A stretch of 64,000 nt of DNA from Acidisphaera sp. (GTDB taxonomy: Bacteria; Pseudomonadota; Alphaproteobacteria; Acetobacterales; Acetobacteraceae). A program made the position numbers and the translations under genes. Location of the stretch: positions 379 to 64,378 of the forward strand of contig DATEQV010000162.1 in the NCBI GenBank assembly GCA_035272265.1, written 5' to 3'. This document shows positions 51,817 through 63,307 of this stretch, piece by piece (positions within the stretch are counted from its first letter, which is position 1; each line of letters begins with the position of its first letter). A model generated the notes under the pieces. The model searched no databases and was not told where the DNA came from. It saw nothing but the letters and a program-made list of their open reading frames with translations.

Positions 51817-51851
51817 GCGTTACATGTAACGCCGGCGGCCAGCTTCGTCAA
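51817..51851 (-). promoter_or_regulatory. Toxin-antitoxin promoter with overlapping palindromic operator
   Basis: TTGACG-17 nt-TACATG, then ATG 6 nt later; perfect palindrome GCGTTACATGTAACGC at 51817-51832. Confidence 0.7.
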
Positions 51852-51966
51852 CGCCACAGCGCATGGCTGCGTGCGTCCCGCGCGCTTGACGCACTGTCAC
51901 GGCCGTCCGACTTAACCGTCGGACATTAATCCGAACCACGATCCCGGCGCGGGGTATCAGCACGAC

Positions 51967-54900
51967 ATGGATGCACGTCTGCCGGAGATGCCGGCCTTCG
52001 GTCTCACGTTCCGCGACCTCGCGGACCGCGACGGCCTGATCCGGCTGGACCGCATCTTCCTCGAGCACCTTGCCGCCGAGGACGCCGCCCTGCACGCGGG
52101 CCTGCTGGCCGCGCGCGCCGCACCCGACGCGCTGTCGGCCAAGGACGAGGGCGAGCTGATCACCCAAGTCGGCCCGGTGCTCGACGGCTTCGTCGCGACC
52201 CTGTTCCGCATCGAGAACGCGACGGCGGCGCTGGCCGCGCGCACGCTCGCCCTCGACCCGATCCACGCCTGCAAGCGCCTGTTCGTCCAGCGCCAGGCGG
52301 TGAAGAAGTATCCCGATCCGTCGGGTTTCGACGGCCCTGCCCTGCGCGCAGACCTCGAGGCGCGGATCGGCGGTCCGCTCACCGAGCCGGCTTTCGCGAA
52401 GGCGGTCAAGGCGTGGCAGACGGCAGAGCCGGACGCGCTCGATCTCGCCATGCGCTACGCCTCGTGGGCGACGCTGACCGAGGCCGGACACGCCGCCCAC
52501 CCCGGCAACACGCTGTTCCACGTCCCGCACAAGATCGACTACCAGCACCTCGTTCCATTCGAGACGATCGAGCGCGACGGCGTGACGATGCTGCGCCTGC
52601 CGGAGGATCACTGGCGCCAGCGCGACGGCTTCGCGCTGACCGACGCGGGGATGAACGACCAGCAGGCGCTGGACCAGATGAACTACTGCATCTGGTGCCA
52701 CACACAGGGCAAGGACAGCTGCTCGAAGGGCCTGCGCGACCGCAAGACCGGCGCGTTCGCCAAGTCGCCGTTCGGGGTGACGCTCGCCGGCTGCCCGCTC
52801 GAAGAGAAGATCAGCGAGATGCACACGCTGCGGGCGCAGGGCTACGCGCTCGGGGCGTTCGCGACGATCGCGGTCGACAACCCGATGATGGCGGCGACCG
52901 GCCACCGTATCTGCAACGACTGCATGAAGTCCTGCATCTACCAGAAGCAGGAGCCGGTCGACATCCCGCAGGCCGAGACCGCGATCCTGCGCGACGTGCT
53001 GGCGCTGCCCTGGGGCTTCGAGATCTACGCGCTGCTGACGCGCTGGAACCCGCTGGACATCCGCCGTCCGCTGCCCACGCCCGACAGCGGGCGCAAGGTG
53101 CTGATCGTCGGGCTCGGTCCGGCCGGATTCACGCTGGCGCACCACCTGATGAACGATGGCCACACCGTCGTCGCGGTGGACGGGCTGAAGATCGAGCCGC
53201 TGGGCTTCGATCCGAACACCCCCGTCCGTGATGCGGACAGCCTGTTCGAGAACCTGGACGACCGCGTGATGGCCGGGTTCGGCGGCGTGGCCGAATACGG
53301 CATCACCGTCCGCTGGAACAAGAACTACCTCAAGCTGGTGCGGCTGCTGCTGGAGCGGCGGTCGCAGTTCGCCGTGTTCGGCGGCGTGCGGTTCGGCGGC
53401 GGGGCGACGCTGTCGGTGGACGACGCGTTCGGCATGGGCTTCGACCACGTGGCGCTGTGCATGGGCGCGGGGCGCCCGACCGTGATCGACATGCCGAACG
53501 GGCTCGCGCGCGGCGTGCGCGAGGCGAGCGACTTCCTGATGGCGCTGCAGCTGACGGGTGCGGCGAAATTCGGCTCGATCACCAACCTGCAGGTGCGCCT
53601 GCCGGTGGTGGTGATCGGCGGCGGCCTGACGGCGATCGACACCGCGACCGAAAGCCTCGCCTACTATGTGCGGCAGGTCGAGAAGTTCGCGCTGCGCTAC
53701 CGCACGCTGGTCGCCGAGCAGGGCGACGATCGCGTGCGTGGCGGGTGGAGCGAGGAAGAAGAGCAGATCGCCGCCGAGTTCCTCGACCACGCCGCGGCGA
53801 TCCATGCCGAACGCCTCGCCGCCGGCGCCGAGGGACGCGCGCCGCGCCTCGCTCAGCTGCTCGACAGCTGGGGCGGGGCGACGATCGCCTATCGCCGCCG
53901 CATCACCGACGCGCCGTCCTACACGCTGAACCACGAAGAAGTGGCGAAGGCGATGGAGGAGGGCGTGCGCTTCGCCGAGGGCCTCGCCCCGCTGGCCGTC
54001 GAGGTGGACGGGTTCGGCCACGCCGAGGGCCTGCGCCTCAGTCGCGCCGACGGCAGCGAGGTCGTGCTGCCCGCGCGCGCGATCCTGGTCGCTGCGGGGA
54101 CGCATCCGAACACCGTGCTCGCGCGCGAGGACGGACGCATCGAGCTGGACGGCAAGTACTTCCGCGCGATCGACGAGAGCGGCGAGCGCGTCGTGCCGGA
54201 GCGCGCGCTGTCCAAGCCCGAGCACGCGCGGGTGCTGATGCACCGCACCGCCGACGGTCGCTTCATCAGCTTCTTCGGCGACCTGCACCCGAGTTTCTTC
54301 GGCAATGTCGTCAAGGCGATGGGCAGCGCCAAGCGCGGCTATCCGGTCGTCTCCGGCGTGCTCGCCGCGCGCGAGGCCACTCCTGTTAGCGGCGCCGAGA
54401 TGATCGCGCGCTGTCGCGACGAATTGCGGCCGACCGTGCACGCGGTGAACCGGCTGACGCCGACGATCGTCGAGGTCGTGGTGCGCGCGCCGGCCGCCGC
54501 GCGGGCGTTCAGGCCGGGGCAGTTCTTCCGGTTGCAAAACTACGAGATGCACGCCCTGCGCCTGCCCGAAGCGATCGGCACCACGCTGCTCGCGATGGAG
54601 GGCCTGGCGATGACCGGCGCCTGGACCGATCCCGAACGGGGGCTGGTCTCGATCATCGCGCTGGAGATGGGCGGCAGCTCCGACCTGTGCGCGTCGCTGC
54701 GGCCGGGGGAGCCGGCGGTGCTGATGGGGCCGACCGGAACGGCGACCGAGATCCACGCGAACACGACGGTCGCGCTTGTCGGCGGCGGCCTCGGCAACGC
54801 GGTGCTGTTCTCGATCGGTGCGGCGCTGCGCGCGGCGGGATCGAAGGTGATCTACTTCGCCGGCTACAAGCGCGTGGTCGATCGCTACAAGGTCGAGGAG

Positions 54901-55431
54901 ATCGAACGCGCCGCCGATGTGATCGTCTGGTGCTGCGACGAGGAGCCGGGCTTCCCGGTCAATCCCGCGCGCCCGCAGGACCAGTACGTCGTCGGCAACA
55001 TCGTGCAGGCGATGGCGGCCTATGGCTCCGGAAAGCTCGGCGAACAGGCGGTTCCGCTGCGCGACGCGACGCACATGATCGTCATCGGGTCGGACCGGAT
55101 GATGAACGCGGTGGGCGCGGCGCGGCACGGCGTGCTGGCGCCGTATCTGAACCCGCAGCACACGGCGATCGGGTCGATCAACTCGCCGATGCAGTGCATG
55201 ATGAAAGAGGTCTGCGCGCAGTGCCTGCAGCCGCAGGTCGATCCGAAGACCGGCGAACGCACGGTGGTGTTCTCCTGCTTCAACCAGGACCAGCCGCTGG
55301 ATCGCGTGGACTTCGCCGCCCTGCACGAGCGGCTGTATCAGAACAGCCTGCAGGAGAAGCTGACGGCGGCGTGGATCGACCGCGCGCTGCGGAAGCTGAA
55401 GACGCGGCCGGCGCTTGCCGCCGCGGAGTGA
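51967..55431 (+). CDS. Fe-S flavoprotein: GltD/NfnB-like domain fused to a PyrK/NfnA-like domain
   Basis: CIWCH..CS..GCP, ICNDCMKSC, VGLGPAG, IGGGLTAID; C-terminal PGQFFRL, MGPTG, VGGGLG, MQCMMKEVCAQC..C. Confidence 0.85.
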   Translation: MDARLPEMPAFGLTFRDLADRDGLIRLDRIFLEHLAAEDAALHAGLLAARAAPDALSAKDEGELITQVGPVLDGFVATLFRIENATAALAARTLALDPIHACKRLFVQRQAVKKYPDPSGFDGPALRADLEARIGGPLTEPAFAKAVKAWQTAEPDALDLAMRYASWATLTEAGHAAHPGNTLFHVPHKIDYQHLVPFETIERDGVTMLRLPEDHWRQRDGFALTDAGMNDQQALDQMNYCIWCHTQGKDSCSKGLRDRKTGAFAKSPFGVTLAGCPLEEKISEMHTLRAQGYALGAFATIAVDNPMMAATGHRICNDCMKSCIYQKQEPVDIPQAETAILRDVLALPWGFEIYALLTRWNPLDIRRPLPTPDSGRKVLIVGLGPAGFTLAHHLMNDGHTVVAVDGLKIEPLGFDPNTPVRDADSLFENLDDRVMAGFGGVAEYGITVRWNKNYLKLVRLLLERRSQFAVFGGVRFGGGATLSVDDAFGMGFDHVALCMGAGRPTVIDMPNGLARGVREASDFLMALQLTGAAKFGSITNLQVRLPVVVIGGGLTAIDTATESLAYYVRQVEKFALRYRTLVAEQGDDRVRGGWSEEEEQIAAEFLDHAAAIHAERLAAGAEGRAPRLAQLLDSWGGATIAYRRRITDAPSYTLNHEEVAKAMEEGVRFAEGLAPLAVEVDGFGHAEGLRLSRADGSEVVLPARAILVAAGTHPNTVLAREDGRIELDGKYFRAIDESGERVVPERALSKPEHARVLMHRTADGRFISFFGDLHPSFFGNVVKAMGSAKRGYPVVSGVLAAREATPVSGAEMIARCRDELRPTVHAVNRLTPTIVEVVVRAPAAARAFRPGQFFRLQNYEMHALRLPEAIGTTLLAMEGLAMTGAWTDPERGLVSIIALEMGGSSDLCASLRPGEPAVLMGPTGTATEIHANTTVALVGGGLGNAVLFSIGAALRAAGSKVIYFAGYKRVVDRYKVEEIERAADVIVWCCDEEPGFPVNPARPQDQYVVGNIVQAMAAYGSGKLGEQAVPLRDATHMIVIGSDRMMNAVGAARHGVLAPYLNPQHTAIGSINSPMQCMMKEVCAQCLQPQVDPKTGERTVVFSCFNQDQPLDRVDFAALHERLYQNSLQEKLTAAWIDRALRKLKTRPALAAAE

Positions 55432-56839
55432 AGCCGTAGCCGCTCGGTCGTCGCTCGGGCTGCCGCCCGCGCAACGGCGATGGGCATCCGTCACGATCGG
55501 CATCGCCGTCGGCATGGCCACGCTCGACTCCGCGATCGCGAATACGGCGCTGCCGATCATCGCGCGCGACCTGCACGCGACCGCGGCCGCATCGGTATGG
55601 GTCGTCAACGCCTACCAGCTGGCGATGATCGCGACATTGCTGCCGCTGGCCGCACTCGGCGACATCGTCGGACATCGGCGCGTCTATGCCTGGGGGCTGC
55701 TGCCGTTCACCGTCGCCTCGCTCGGCTGTGCGCTGGCGTGGTCCCTGCCCTCGCTCGCCTTCGCGCGCGTCATTCAGGGCATCGGCGCGAGTGCCGCGAT
55801 GAGCGTCAACACCGCGCTGATCCGGTTCTCCTACCCGCCCGAGCGCCTGGGATTCGGGGTGGGGCTGAACGCGATGATCGTCGGCACGGCGTTCGCGATC
55901 GGGCCGACCGTCGCGTCGATGATCCTGTCGGTGGGGCCGTGGCCCTGGCTGTTCGCCGTCAACGTGCCGTTCGGCGTGGTGGCGCTCGTGCTCGCGGGGC
56001 GGACGCTGCCGCCCAGCCCTCCCGCCAACTACCGCTTCGCGCGCGTCGTGGCGACGCTGGTAACGGTCACCTTCGCCGTGCTCGTCTTCGGGCTGGAAGA
56101 GGCGGCGCATGGCGGCACGCTGCCGCACGTTGTGCCGCTGTTGGTGGTCGCCGCAATGCTGGCCGTGGTGCTGCTGCGCGCGCAGAAGGGGCATCCGGCG
56201 CCGATGCTTCCGGTCGATCTGTTCCGCCGCCCGCAATTCGCGTTGTCGTCGGCCACCGCGATCGCGGCATTCGCCGCCCAGGGAATCGCGTTCGTGGCCC
56301 TGCCGTTCTTCTTCCAGCACACCCTCGGCAGGTCGGTGGTCGAGACCGGGTTCCTGATGACGCCCTGGCCGGCGATCACCGCGATCATGGCGCCCATCGC
56401 CGGCGGCCTGTCGGACCGCTACCCGGCGGGCATCCTGGGCGGGATCGGGATGGCGATCCTCAGCGTGGGGCTGCTTTCGCTCGTGTGGCTGCCGGCCGAT
56501 CCGGGCGCGCTGGCAATCGGCTGGCGGATGGCGGTGTGCGGCGCGGGCTTCGGCTTCTACCAGTCGCCCAACCTGCGGGCGATCATGTCGAGCGCCCCGC
56601 CCGAGCGTGCCGGCGGGGCGAGCGGGATCGTCGCGGTGTCGCGCCTGCTCGGGCAGACGACGGGGGCGGCGCTGGTGGCGTTCTGCTTCGGCGTGTCGGA
56701 CCGGTCGGGTCCGCTGATCGCGATCGGACTCGGCGCGGGATTCGCGGCGGTCTCGGCAGTGATCAGCGCGTCGCGGCTGGCCGCGCCTACATCAGCCCCG
56801 CGCCCTGCAGCCCGCCGAACACACCCACCAGGCAGGTGA
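55415..56839 (+). CDS. MFS transporter, DHA2 (14-TM) type
   Basis: LDSAIANTALP.I, WVVNAYQL, ARVIQGIG, WLFAVNVPFG; start uncertain. Confidence 0.9.
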   Translation: MPPRSEAVAARSSLGLPPAQRRWASVTIGIAVGMATLDSAIANTALPIIARDLHATAAASVWVVNAYQLAMIATLLPLAALGDIVGHRRVYAWGLLPFTVASLGCALAWSLPSLAFARVIQGIGASAAMSVNTALIRFSYPPERLGFGVGLNAMIVGTAFAIGPTVASMILSVGPWPWLFAVNVPFGVVALVLAGRTLPPSPPANYRFARVVATLVTVTFAVLVFGLEEAAHGGTLPHVVPLLVVAAMLAVVLLRAQKGHPAPMLPVDLFRRPQFALSSATAIAAFAAQGIAFVALPFFFQHTLGRSVVETGFLMTPWPAITAIMAPIAGGLSDRYPAGILGGIGMAILSVGLLSLVWLPADPGALAIGWRMAVCGAGFGFYQSPNLRAIMSSAPPERAGGASGIVAVSRLLGQTTGAALVAFCFGVSDRSGPLIAIGLGAGFAAVSAVISASRLAAPTSAPRPAARRTHPPGR

Positions 56840-58043
56840 TCGCCGCCACGCCGATCACCACCCAGCGATAGGCGCCGCGCAGCCGGTGCGCCGCGGGCAG
56901 CGCCCTGATCGCGAGCGCGATCAGGAAGCCGAGCACCAGCGGCAGCAGGAAGGCGTTCATCACCTGCACACCGACGTTCAGCGACACGAGGTTCGGCCAC
57001 ACCGCCACGAGCACGGCGCCGCCGATGACGCAGACCGTGTAGACGCCGTAGAATCACCTCGCCTCGAACGGCTTGAATTCCAGCGAGCGGCGATAGCCGG
57101 TCACCTCGCCCAGTCCCCAGGCGAAGGCGAGCGAGGTCACGATCGCCGCGACCATGCCGGCGCCGAGCACGCCGATGCCGAACACCAGCTTGCCCACATG
57201 GTCGCCGAGGAACGGGGTCAGCGCGCCGCTCATGTCGCCGACGGTGTTGAGCGTGGCGTCCGCCTTGGTCTGGCCGATGGTCGCCGCACAGGCCACCAGC
57301 ACCGCCGCCATGACGAGCTGGGTGACGAGGGCGCCTAAGGCGGTGTCCCAGCGCGCGGCCGCAAGGTGTTCAGGCCGCAGCTTTTTGTCCGCCACCGCCG
57401 GCTGCTGATAGAAGATCATCCACGGCATGATCACCGCGCCGATGTTGGCGGCGGCGAGGTAGAGGTAGTCGGTGTTGCGGAACGGGATGTCGACCGAGTC
57501 GCGCAGCATGTCGTGGACGTTCGGATGCGCCGCCCAGGCGACGCCGAAGAAGGCAAGCTCGAACAGCCCGAGCGCGATCGCCACGCGCTCGACCCGGCGG
57601 TAGGACCCGGTCAGCACCACCGCGAGCAGCGCCGAGGCGCCGATCGCCAGGCTGATCCAGCGCGGCAGGCCATACATCTCGCCCACCCCGGCCACGCCGG
57701 CGAACTCGGTCAGCAGCGCGCCGACCACCGCCGCGCCGAGGCCGGCGGCCGATACCCAGGCCCAGACCGGGCCGAACGTGTCGCGGATCAGCTCGCCATG
57801 GCCGCGGCCGGTGAACACGCCGAGGGGGACTGTCAGTTCCTGCGTCATGTATAGGATCGGGATCAGGATAAGCTGCAAAAGCAGGAGCTTGTAGCCCCAT
57901 TGCACGCCGCTCTGCCCGGCGGTGATGACGCTGCCGACGTCGGTGTCGGCCAGCATGACGACGATCCCCGGCCCGAAGACGGCAACGAAGCGACGCCAGG
58001 AGGAGGCAGTTTGCGCCCTCTGCCGAACGGCCATGTCGCTCAC
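56787..58043 (-). pseudogene. NRAMP-family divalent metal transporter with an in-frame TGA at 57054-57056
   Basis: [33 protein letters not shown]; the frame continues past FEAR-stop as FYGVY.. to 56787. Confidence 0.8.
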
Positions 58044-58069
58044 GCGTCGGGTCTCCTGCACGGGGGCTA

Positions 58070-58088
58070 CTTGCGAATGCTTCGCAAG
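58070..58088. promoter_or_regulatory. Fur/Mur-type operator upstream of the NRAMP gene
   Basis: Perfect CTTGCGAA-TGC-TTCGCAAG, downstream of a minus-strand TTGACA at 58120-58125. Confidence 0.7.
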
Positions 58089-58200
58089 ATCAACAGACCT
58101 ATGCTGCGCCGCGAAGGCCTGTCAATCGGCGCCGCTCTCCGGCGGATTGATCGTTGGGCGTTGTTGCCCGACAAGCGCGCGCCGTGGGCGAAAGACCGAC

Positions 58201-59546
<1,346 letters not shown>

Positions 59547-59550
<4 letters not shown>

Positions 59551-59954
59551 TCCATTTCGACCAGCGCGAGATACTCGGACGGCAGCGGGATGCGCACGCC
59601 GCGCCAGGGATTGAGGACCAGCAGGTCGTTGTCACTGCTCACAATCGTGCCGGCATTGGCGGCGAGTGCAAGCTCAAGGTACTTGTCATCCTTTGCGTCG
59701 CGACAGTCCTCTACTCGGACGGTCGGCTCAATCCAGTTCGCAATCCGATAGACAATGCCCAGCACGAAATCCCGCCGTACAGACGTGATCTTAGGCGCCA
59801 GATGGGGCCGGTTGAGGACACCGACGAGTTCGCCATGCACCTCGGTAGATAAAGCGAGTTTGTCGAATTGTGCAGCCCGCAACAGGGCCCTTTCCGGGAC
59901 GCTGTCGGCCTTCAATGCCGCGCCAATAAGGGTGGATACATCGAATACAATCAC
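59547..59954 (-). CDS. PIN-domain putative toxin
   Basis: [32 protein letters not shown]; lower GC than neighbours. Confidence 0.88.
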
Positions 59955-60217
59955 GCTTTGGGCGTGCGCTCACGGCGCTCCGCGTTGTACGCCTCCAGCT
60001 CTGCGTCGATATCTGGATCGGTCAGGCCCGCCGCTCTCGCTTCAGCCTTCAACTCGGCAATCGCCTCAGCAAGCGCTTGAACAAGTGGATTCGGCCCTGG
60101 ACGCGGGACCAGGATTTCGCTCAGAAGGCGCCCTGCGACGGCACGGTTGCGTTCGTCAGCAAGCACTGCTGCCGCTCGCTGCTCGACCGGAATCGTCACG
60201 TCAACCAAATCGTCCAT
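59951..60217 (-). CDS. Putative antitoxin
   Basis: 88 aa, acidic C-terminus (GLTDPDIDAELEAY), 4-nt overlap with the PIN gene. Confidence 0.7.
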   Translation of the reverse strand: MDDLVDVTIPVEQRAAAVLADERNRAVAGRLLSEILVPRPGPNPLVQALAEAIAELKAEARAAGLTDPDIDAELEAYNAERRERTPKA

Positions 60218-60275
60218 TCGGAACCTCCGAAGGCAATATATGCTCCAAAGCTCGTGAGATCACGGGTTCAAACCG

Positions 60276-61094
60276 ATGACCGGCCGCGACGGCGACGCCG
60301 ATCTGCGCCCGATCGGCAACAGCCCGGTCATCGTGCTCGTGGGCCCGCAACTGGCCGATAATATAGGTGCGGTCGCCCGCGCGATGGCCAATGGCGGGCT
60401 GTTCCACCTGCGCCTCGTCGCCCCACGCGACGGCTGGCCGCAGCCGAAGGCGTGGCGCAACGCGTCGGGCGCGGGACGCATTCTCGATGCGGCAACAACC
60501 CACGACACGGTGGCCGATGCGATCGCCGACCTGCATCGCGTGCTCGCCACCTGCCCTCGCCCGCGCCACGTCATCAAGCCGGTGCTGACGGCACGGGGTG
60601 CCGCCGCGGAACTGCGCGCGATCTGCGCGCGCGACTTGCGAACGGGCGTGCTGTTCGGACCCGAACGGGCGGGGCTGGACAACGACGACCTCGCCGCGGC
60701 CGACACGCTGATCCGCTATCCGCTCAATCCCGCCTTCATGTCGCTCAACCTGGCACAGGCCGTGATGGTGCTGGCGTACGAGTGGTGGACGGCAGCGGAC
60801 GAAACCTTGCCGCGCACGCTGATGACCAACGAGACGCGGATCGCGACGAAGGGCGAGCTGGAAAACTTTCTGTCGCATCTGATCGCCGAGCTCGACGCCT
60901 GCGGGTTCCTGCGCAACCTGCCCAAACGCCCCGGCATGGTCCGCAACATCCGCCACTTCTTCGAACGCGGCGAGGTCACCGAACAGGAGCTCCGCACGCT
61001 GCACGGCGTGGTGACGGAACTCGCGAGGGGCCGACGCAGCCTCGGCCGGGACGAAACCACGACGGACGAACGCAAGGCTCAAGGCGGGTCGTAG
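60276..61094 (+). CDS. trmJ: SPOUT RNA methyltransferase, TrmJ/LasT family
   Basis: NIGAVARAMANGG, LFGPERAGL.N, SLNLAQAV, ELRTLHG. Confidence 0.88.
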   Translation: MTGRDGDADLRPIGNSPVIVLVGPQLADNIGAVARAMANGGLFHLRLVAPRDGWPQPKAWRNASGAGRILDAATTHDTVADAIADLHRVLATCPRPRHVIKPVLTARGAAAELRAICARDLRTGVLFGPERAGLDNDDLAAADTLIRYPLNPAFMSLNLAQAVMVLAYEWWTAADETLPRTLMTNETRIATKGELENFLSHLIAELDACGFLRNLPKRPGMVRNIRHFFERGEVTEQELRTLHGVVTELARGRRSLGRDETTTDERKAQGGS

Positions 61095-61873
61095 CTCAGG
61101 CTCCACTCCGGCGTGGTGAGCCAGCAGCGCGACGGGTCGGCGGGGCGATGCCAGAGCAGGCTGCGCACCCGCTCGACGCCCCCATGCATGAGCGCCGCAC
61201 GCAGCGCCGAGTCATCCGCGCTGCCCGCAGCCCCTTCCGCGCACACGAAGTCCACGCGGCAGAGCTCGCTCGCCGCGAAGCCGGAATCCACACGCTCGAT
61301 CAGCAGCGCCACGCCGTAGCCATGACGCGAGCCGGCACACAGCGGGAAGATCAGCCGGCCGCCCGGACCGAGGTGGTCGATCCACGGCGGCGGGAACGTC
61401 GGAATGCCGAAGTTGACGTAGACGCGGTCGCACGTCGCGGTCGGAAACCGCGTGCCGTCGGCGTGGCGGACCGTCACGTTGGGGTAGCCGGCGAGATAGG
61501 CGGCGGCGCGCGTCGCCAACTCGTCGTCATACTCCACCGCGATCACCTGCCCCTCGGGGCCGACCAGATGCGACAGGATCGCCGTGTAGTAGCCGGTGCC
61601 GGCGCCGATATGGACGACGCGCAGGCCCGGCCGGACCTGCAGGTGGTGCAGCAGCAGCGCATGCAGACATGGGCTGCCGTTGTTCACGCCGCGCGCCGGG
61701 TCGAGCGAGACCAGCACGTCGGCGTACAGCCTCTCGGCCTGGCCGGCGGGGATGCTGCGAAAGCCGAACGCGGAACTGGCCGGCCAGGGCGGCGGCCCGA
61801 GGAAAGCCTCACGAGGCACGGCGGCAAAGGCATCCTCCACCGCCGGATCGACGACGCCCGCGCGGCGCAGCAT
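61079..61873 (-). CDS. Protein-L-isoaspartate O-methyltransferase family protein
   Basis: AFAAVPREAF, VHIGAGTGYYTAIL, GGRLIFP; start uncertain. Confidence 0.82.
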   Translation of the reverse strand: MLRRAGVVDPAVEDAFAAVPREAFLGPPPWPASSAFGFRSIPAGQAERLYADVLVSLDPARGVNNGSPCLHALLLHHLQVRPGLRVVHIGAGTGYYTAILSHLVGPEGQVIAVEYDDELATRAAAYLAGYPNVTVRHADGTRFPTATCDRVYVNFGIPTFPPPWIDHLGPGGRLIFPLCAGSRHGYGVALLIERVDSGFAASELCRVDFVCAEGAAGSADDSALRAALMHGGVERVRSLLWHRPADPSRCWLTTPEWSLSYDPP

Positions 61874-61922
61874 CTCCCTCGCGTAGTCGAGCCGGACTGC
61901 CTCGGGGACGGGGGGCTGCGTC

Positions 61923-62969
61923 TTAGCGCGCGCGGCTGAGCGTGTAGCTCGCCGCGTCCAGAAGCGCCCGGCGGATCGGCGTATCCGGGAAAACATCAAG
62001 CGCCGCGCACGCGTCGGCGGCATAGCGCGCCGCGCGGTCGATCGTCGTACCGATCGCGCCGCGCTGCTCGACCAGCCGCATCGCATGTTCGAGGTCGTCG
62101 GCGGTCTGCTCGCTTTCCTCGATGGTGCGCCGCCAGAACTCGCGTTCGGCCGCGTCGCCCGCCGCATACGCCGCCAGCACCGGCAGCGTGATCTTCCCCT
62201 CGCGGAAATCGTCGCCGACGGTCTTGCCGAGCACCGCCTGGTCCGCCGCATAGTCGAGCGCGTCATCGACGAGCTGGAACGCGACGCCCAGGTTGTGGCC
62301 GTAGCGCGCGAGCGCCTGCTCCTCGGCCTCCGGCCGGTCGGCGACGACCCCGGCCACCTGGCAGGCGGCGGCGAACAGGGCGGCGGTCTTGCCCTCGATC
62401 ACCGCGAGGTAGCGGTCCTCGGTCGTCGACAGGTCGTTCTGCGTGACCAGCTGCAGCACCTCGCCCTCGGCGATCGTCGCCGCCGCGCGCGAGAGGATCG
62501 CCAGCACGCGCAGCGAGCCGTCCTCGACCATCAGCTCGAAGGCGCGGGCGAACAGGAAGTCGCCGACCAGCACGGAGGCCTTGTTGCCGAACACCGCATT
62601 GGCGCTGGCGAGGCCGCGGCGCAGCGCACTGTCGTCGACCACATCGTCGTGCAGCAGGGTGGCGGTGTGGATGAACTCGACGCAGGCGGCGAGGCTGACG
62701 TGGCGGTCGCCGCCGGCATAGCCGCACAGCTTGGCGCAGGACAGCGTCAGCAGCGGGCGCAGCCGCTTGCCGCCGGCGGCGACGATGTGTGCGGCCAATT
62801 GCGGGATCAGCTCGACCGGGCTCTGCATCCGCGCAACGATGGTGCGGTTGCAGCGGGCGAGGTCGTCCTGCACCAGCGAGAGCAGCGCGGTCAGCGCGTC
62901 CTCGCCATGGGCCTGCCCGGCCGGGATCGGGTCAGGACCAGATGCACGCAGGCTGCCGACGGCGCCCAA
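61923..62969 (-). CDS. ispB: Polyprenyl diphosphate synthase
   Basis: GGKRLRP, LLHDDVVD..RRG, GDFL, KTA, FQLVDD.LD, GKTVGDDFREGK. Confidence 0.93.
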   Translation of the reverse strand: MGAVGSLRASGPDPIPAGQAHGEDALTALLSLVQDDLARCNRTIVARMQSPVELIPQLAAHIVAAGGKRLRPLLTLSCAKLCGYAGGDRHVSLAACVEFIHTATLLHDDVVDDSALRRGLASANAVFGNKASVLVGDFLFARAFELMVEDGSLRVLAILSRAAATIAEGEVLQLVTQNDLSTTEDRYLAVIEGKTAALFAAACQVAGVVADRPEAEEQALARYGHNLGVAFQLVDDALDYAADQAVLGKTVGDDFREGKITLPVLAAYAAGDAAEREFWRRTIEESEQTADDLEHAMRLVEQRGAIGTTIDRAARYAADACAALDVFPDTPIRRALLDAASYTLSRAR

Positions 62970-63089
62970 ACCACTCTCCCAGCTTTGATTGTGCGATTGC
63001 TGCTTGCGCGGCGACACGGGCAAGATATCGGCCGTGCGCAAAACGGGTCAAGGCGAACGCCCGGGCCGCCGCGCCGCGCCTGGAGGGAT

Positions 63090-63296
63090 ATGCGCACCAT
63101 CGCCCGATCGAACGACTGGGTACGCCTGAGTTTCCTGTCGGCCCTGCTGGCCGATGCCGGGATCGAGGCCGTCCTGCTCGACGCCCATGCGAGCATCATG
63201 GACGGCAGCATCGGCGCGATCCCGCGCCGGCTGGCGGTGGCGGACGAGGACGAAACGCGAGCTCGCCGGGTGCTGGCAGAGGCTGGCGAGAGCTGA
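63090..63296 (+). CDS. DUF2007-family small protein
   Basis: LSALLADAGIE..LD..SIMDGSIGAIPRRL.V; GGAGGG RBS; divergent from ispB. Confidence 0.8.
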   Translation: MRTIARSNDWVRLSFLSALLADAGIEAVLLDAHASIMDGSIGAIPRRLAVADEDETRARRVLAEAGES

Positions 63297-63307
63297 TCCC
63301 GGTCACT

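Noticed and set aside
57054..57056. UGA recoding (Trp or selenocysteine)
   Set aside because: Many genes here end at TGA at their expected C-termini (argS, glnB, glnA); this is a single case at a probable Trp position.
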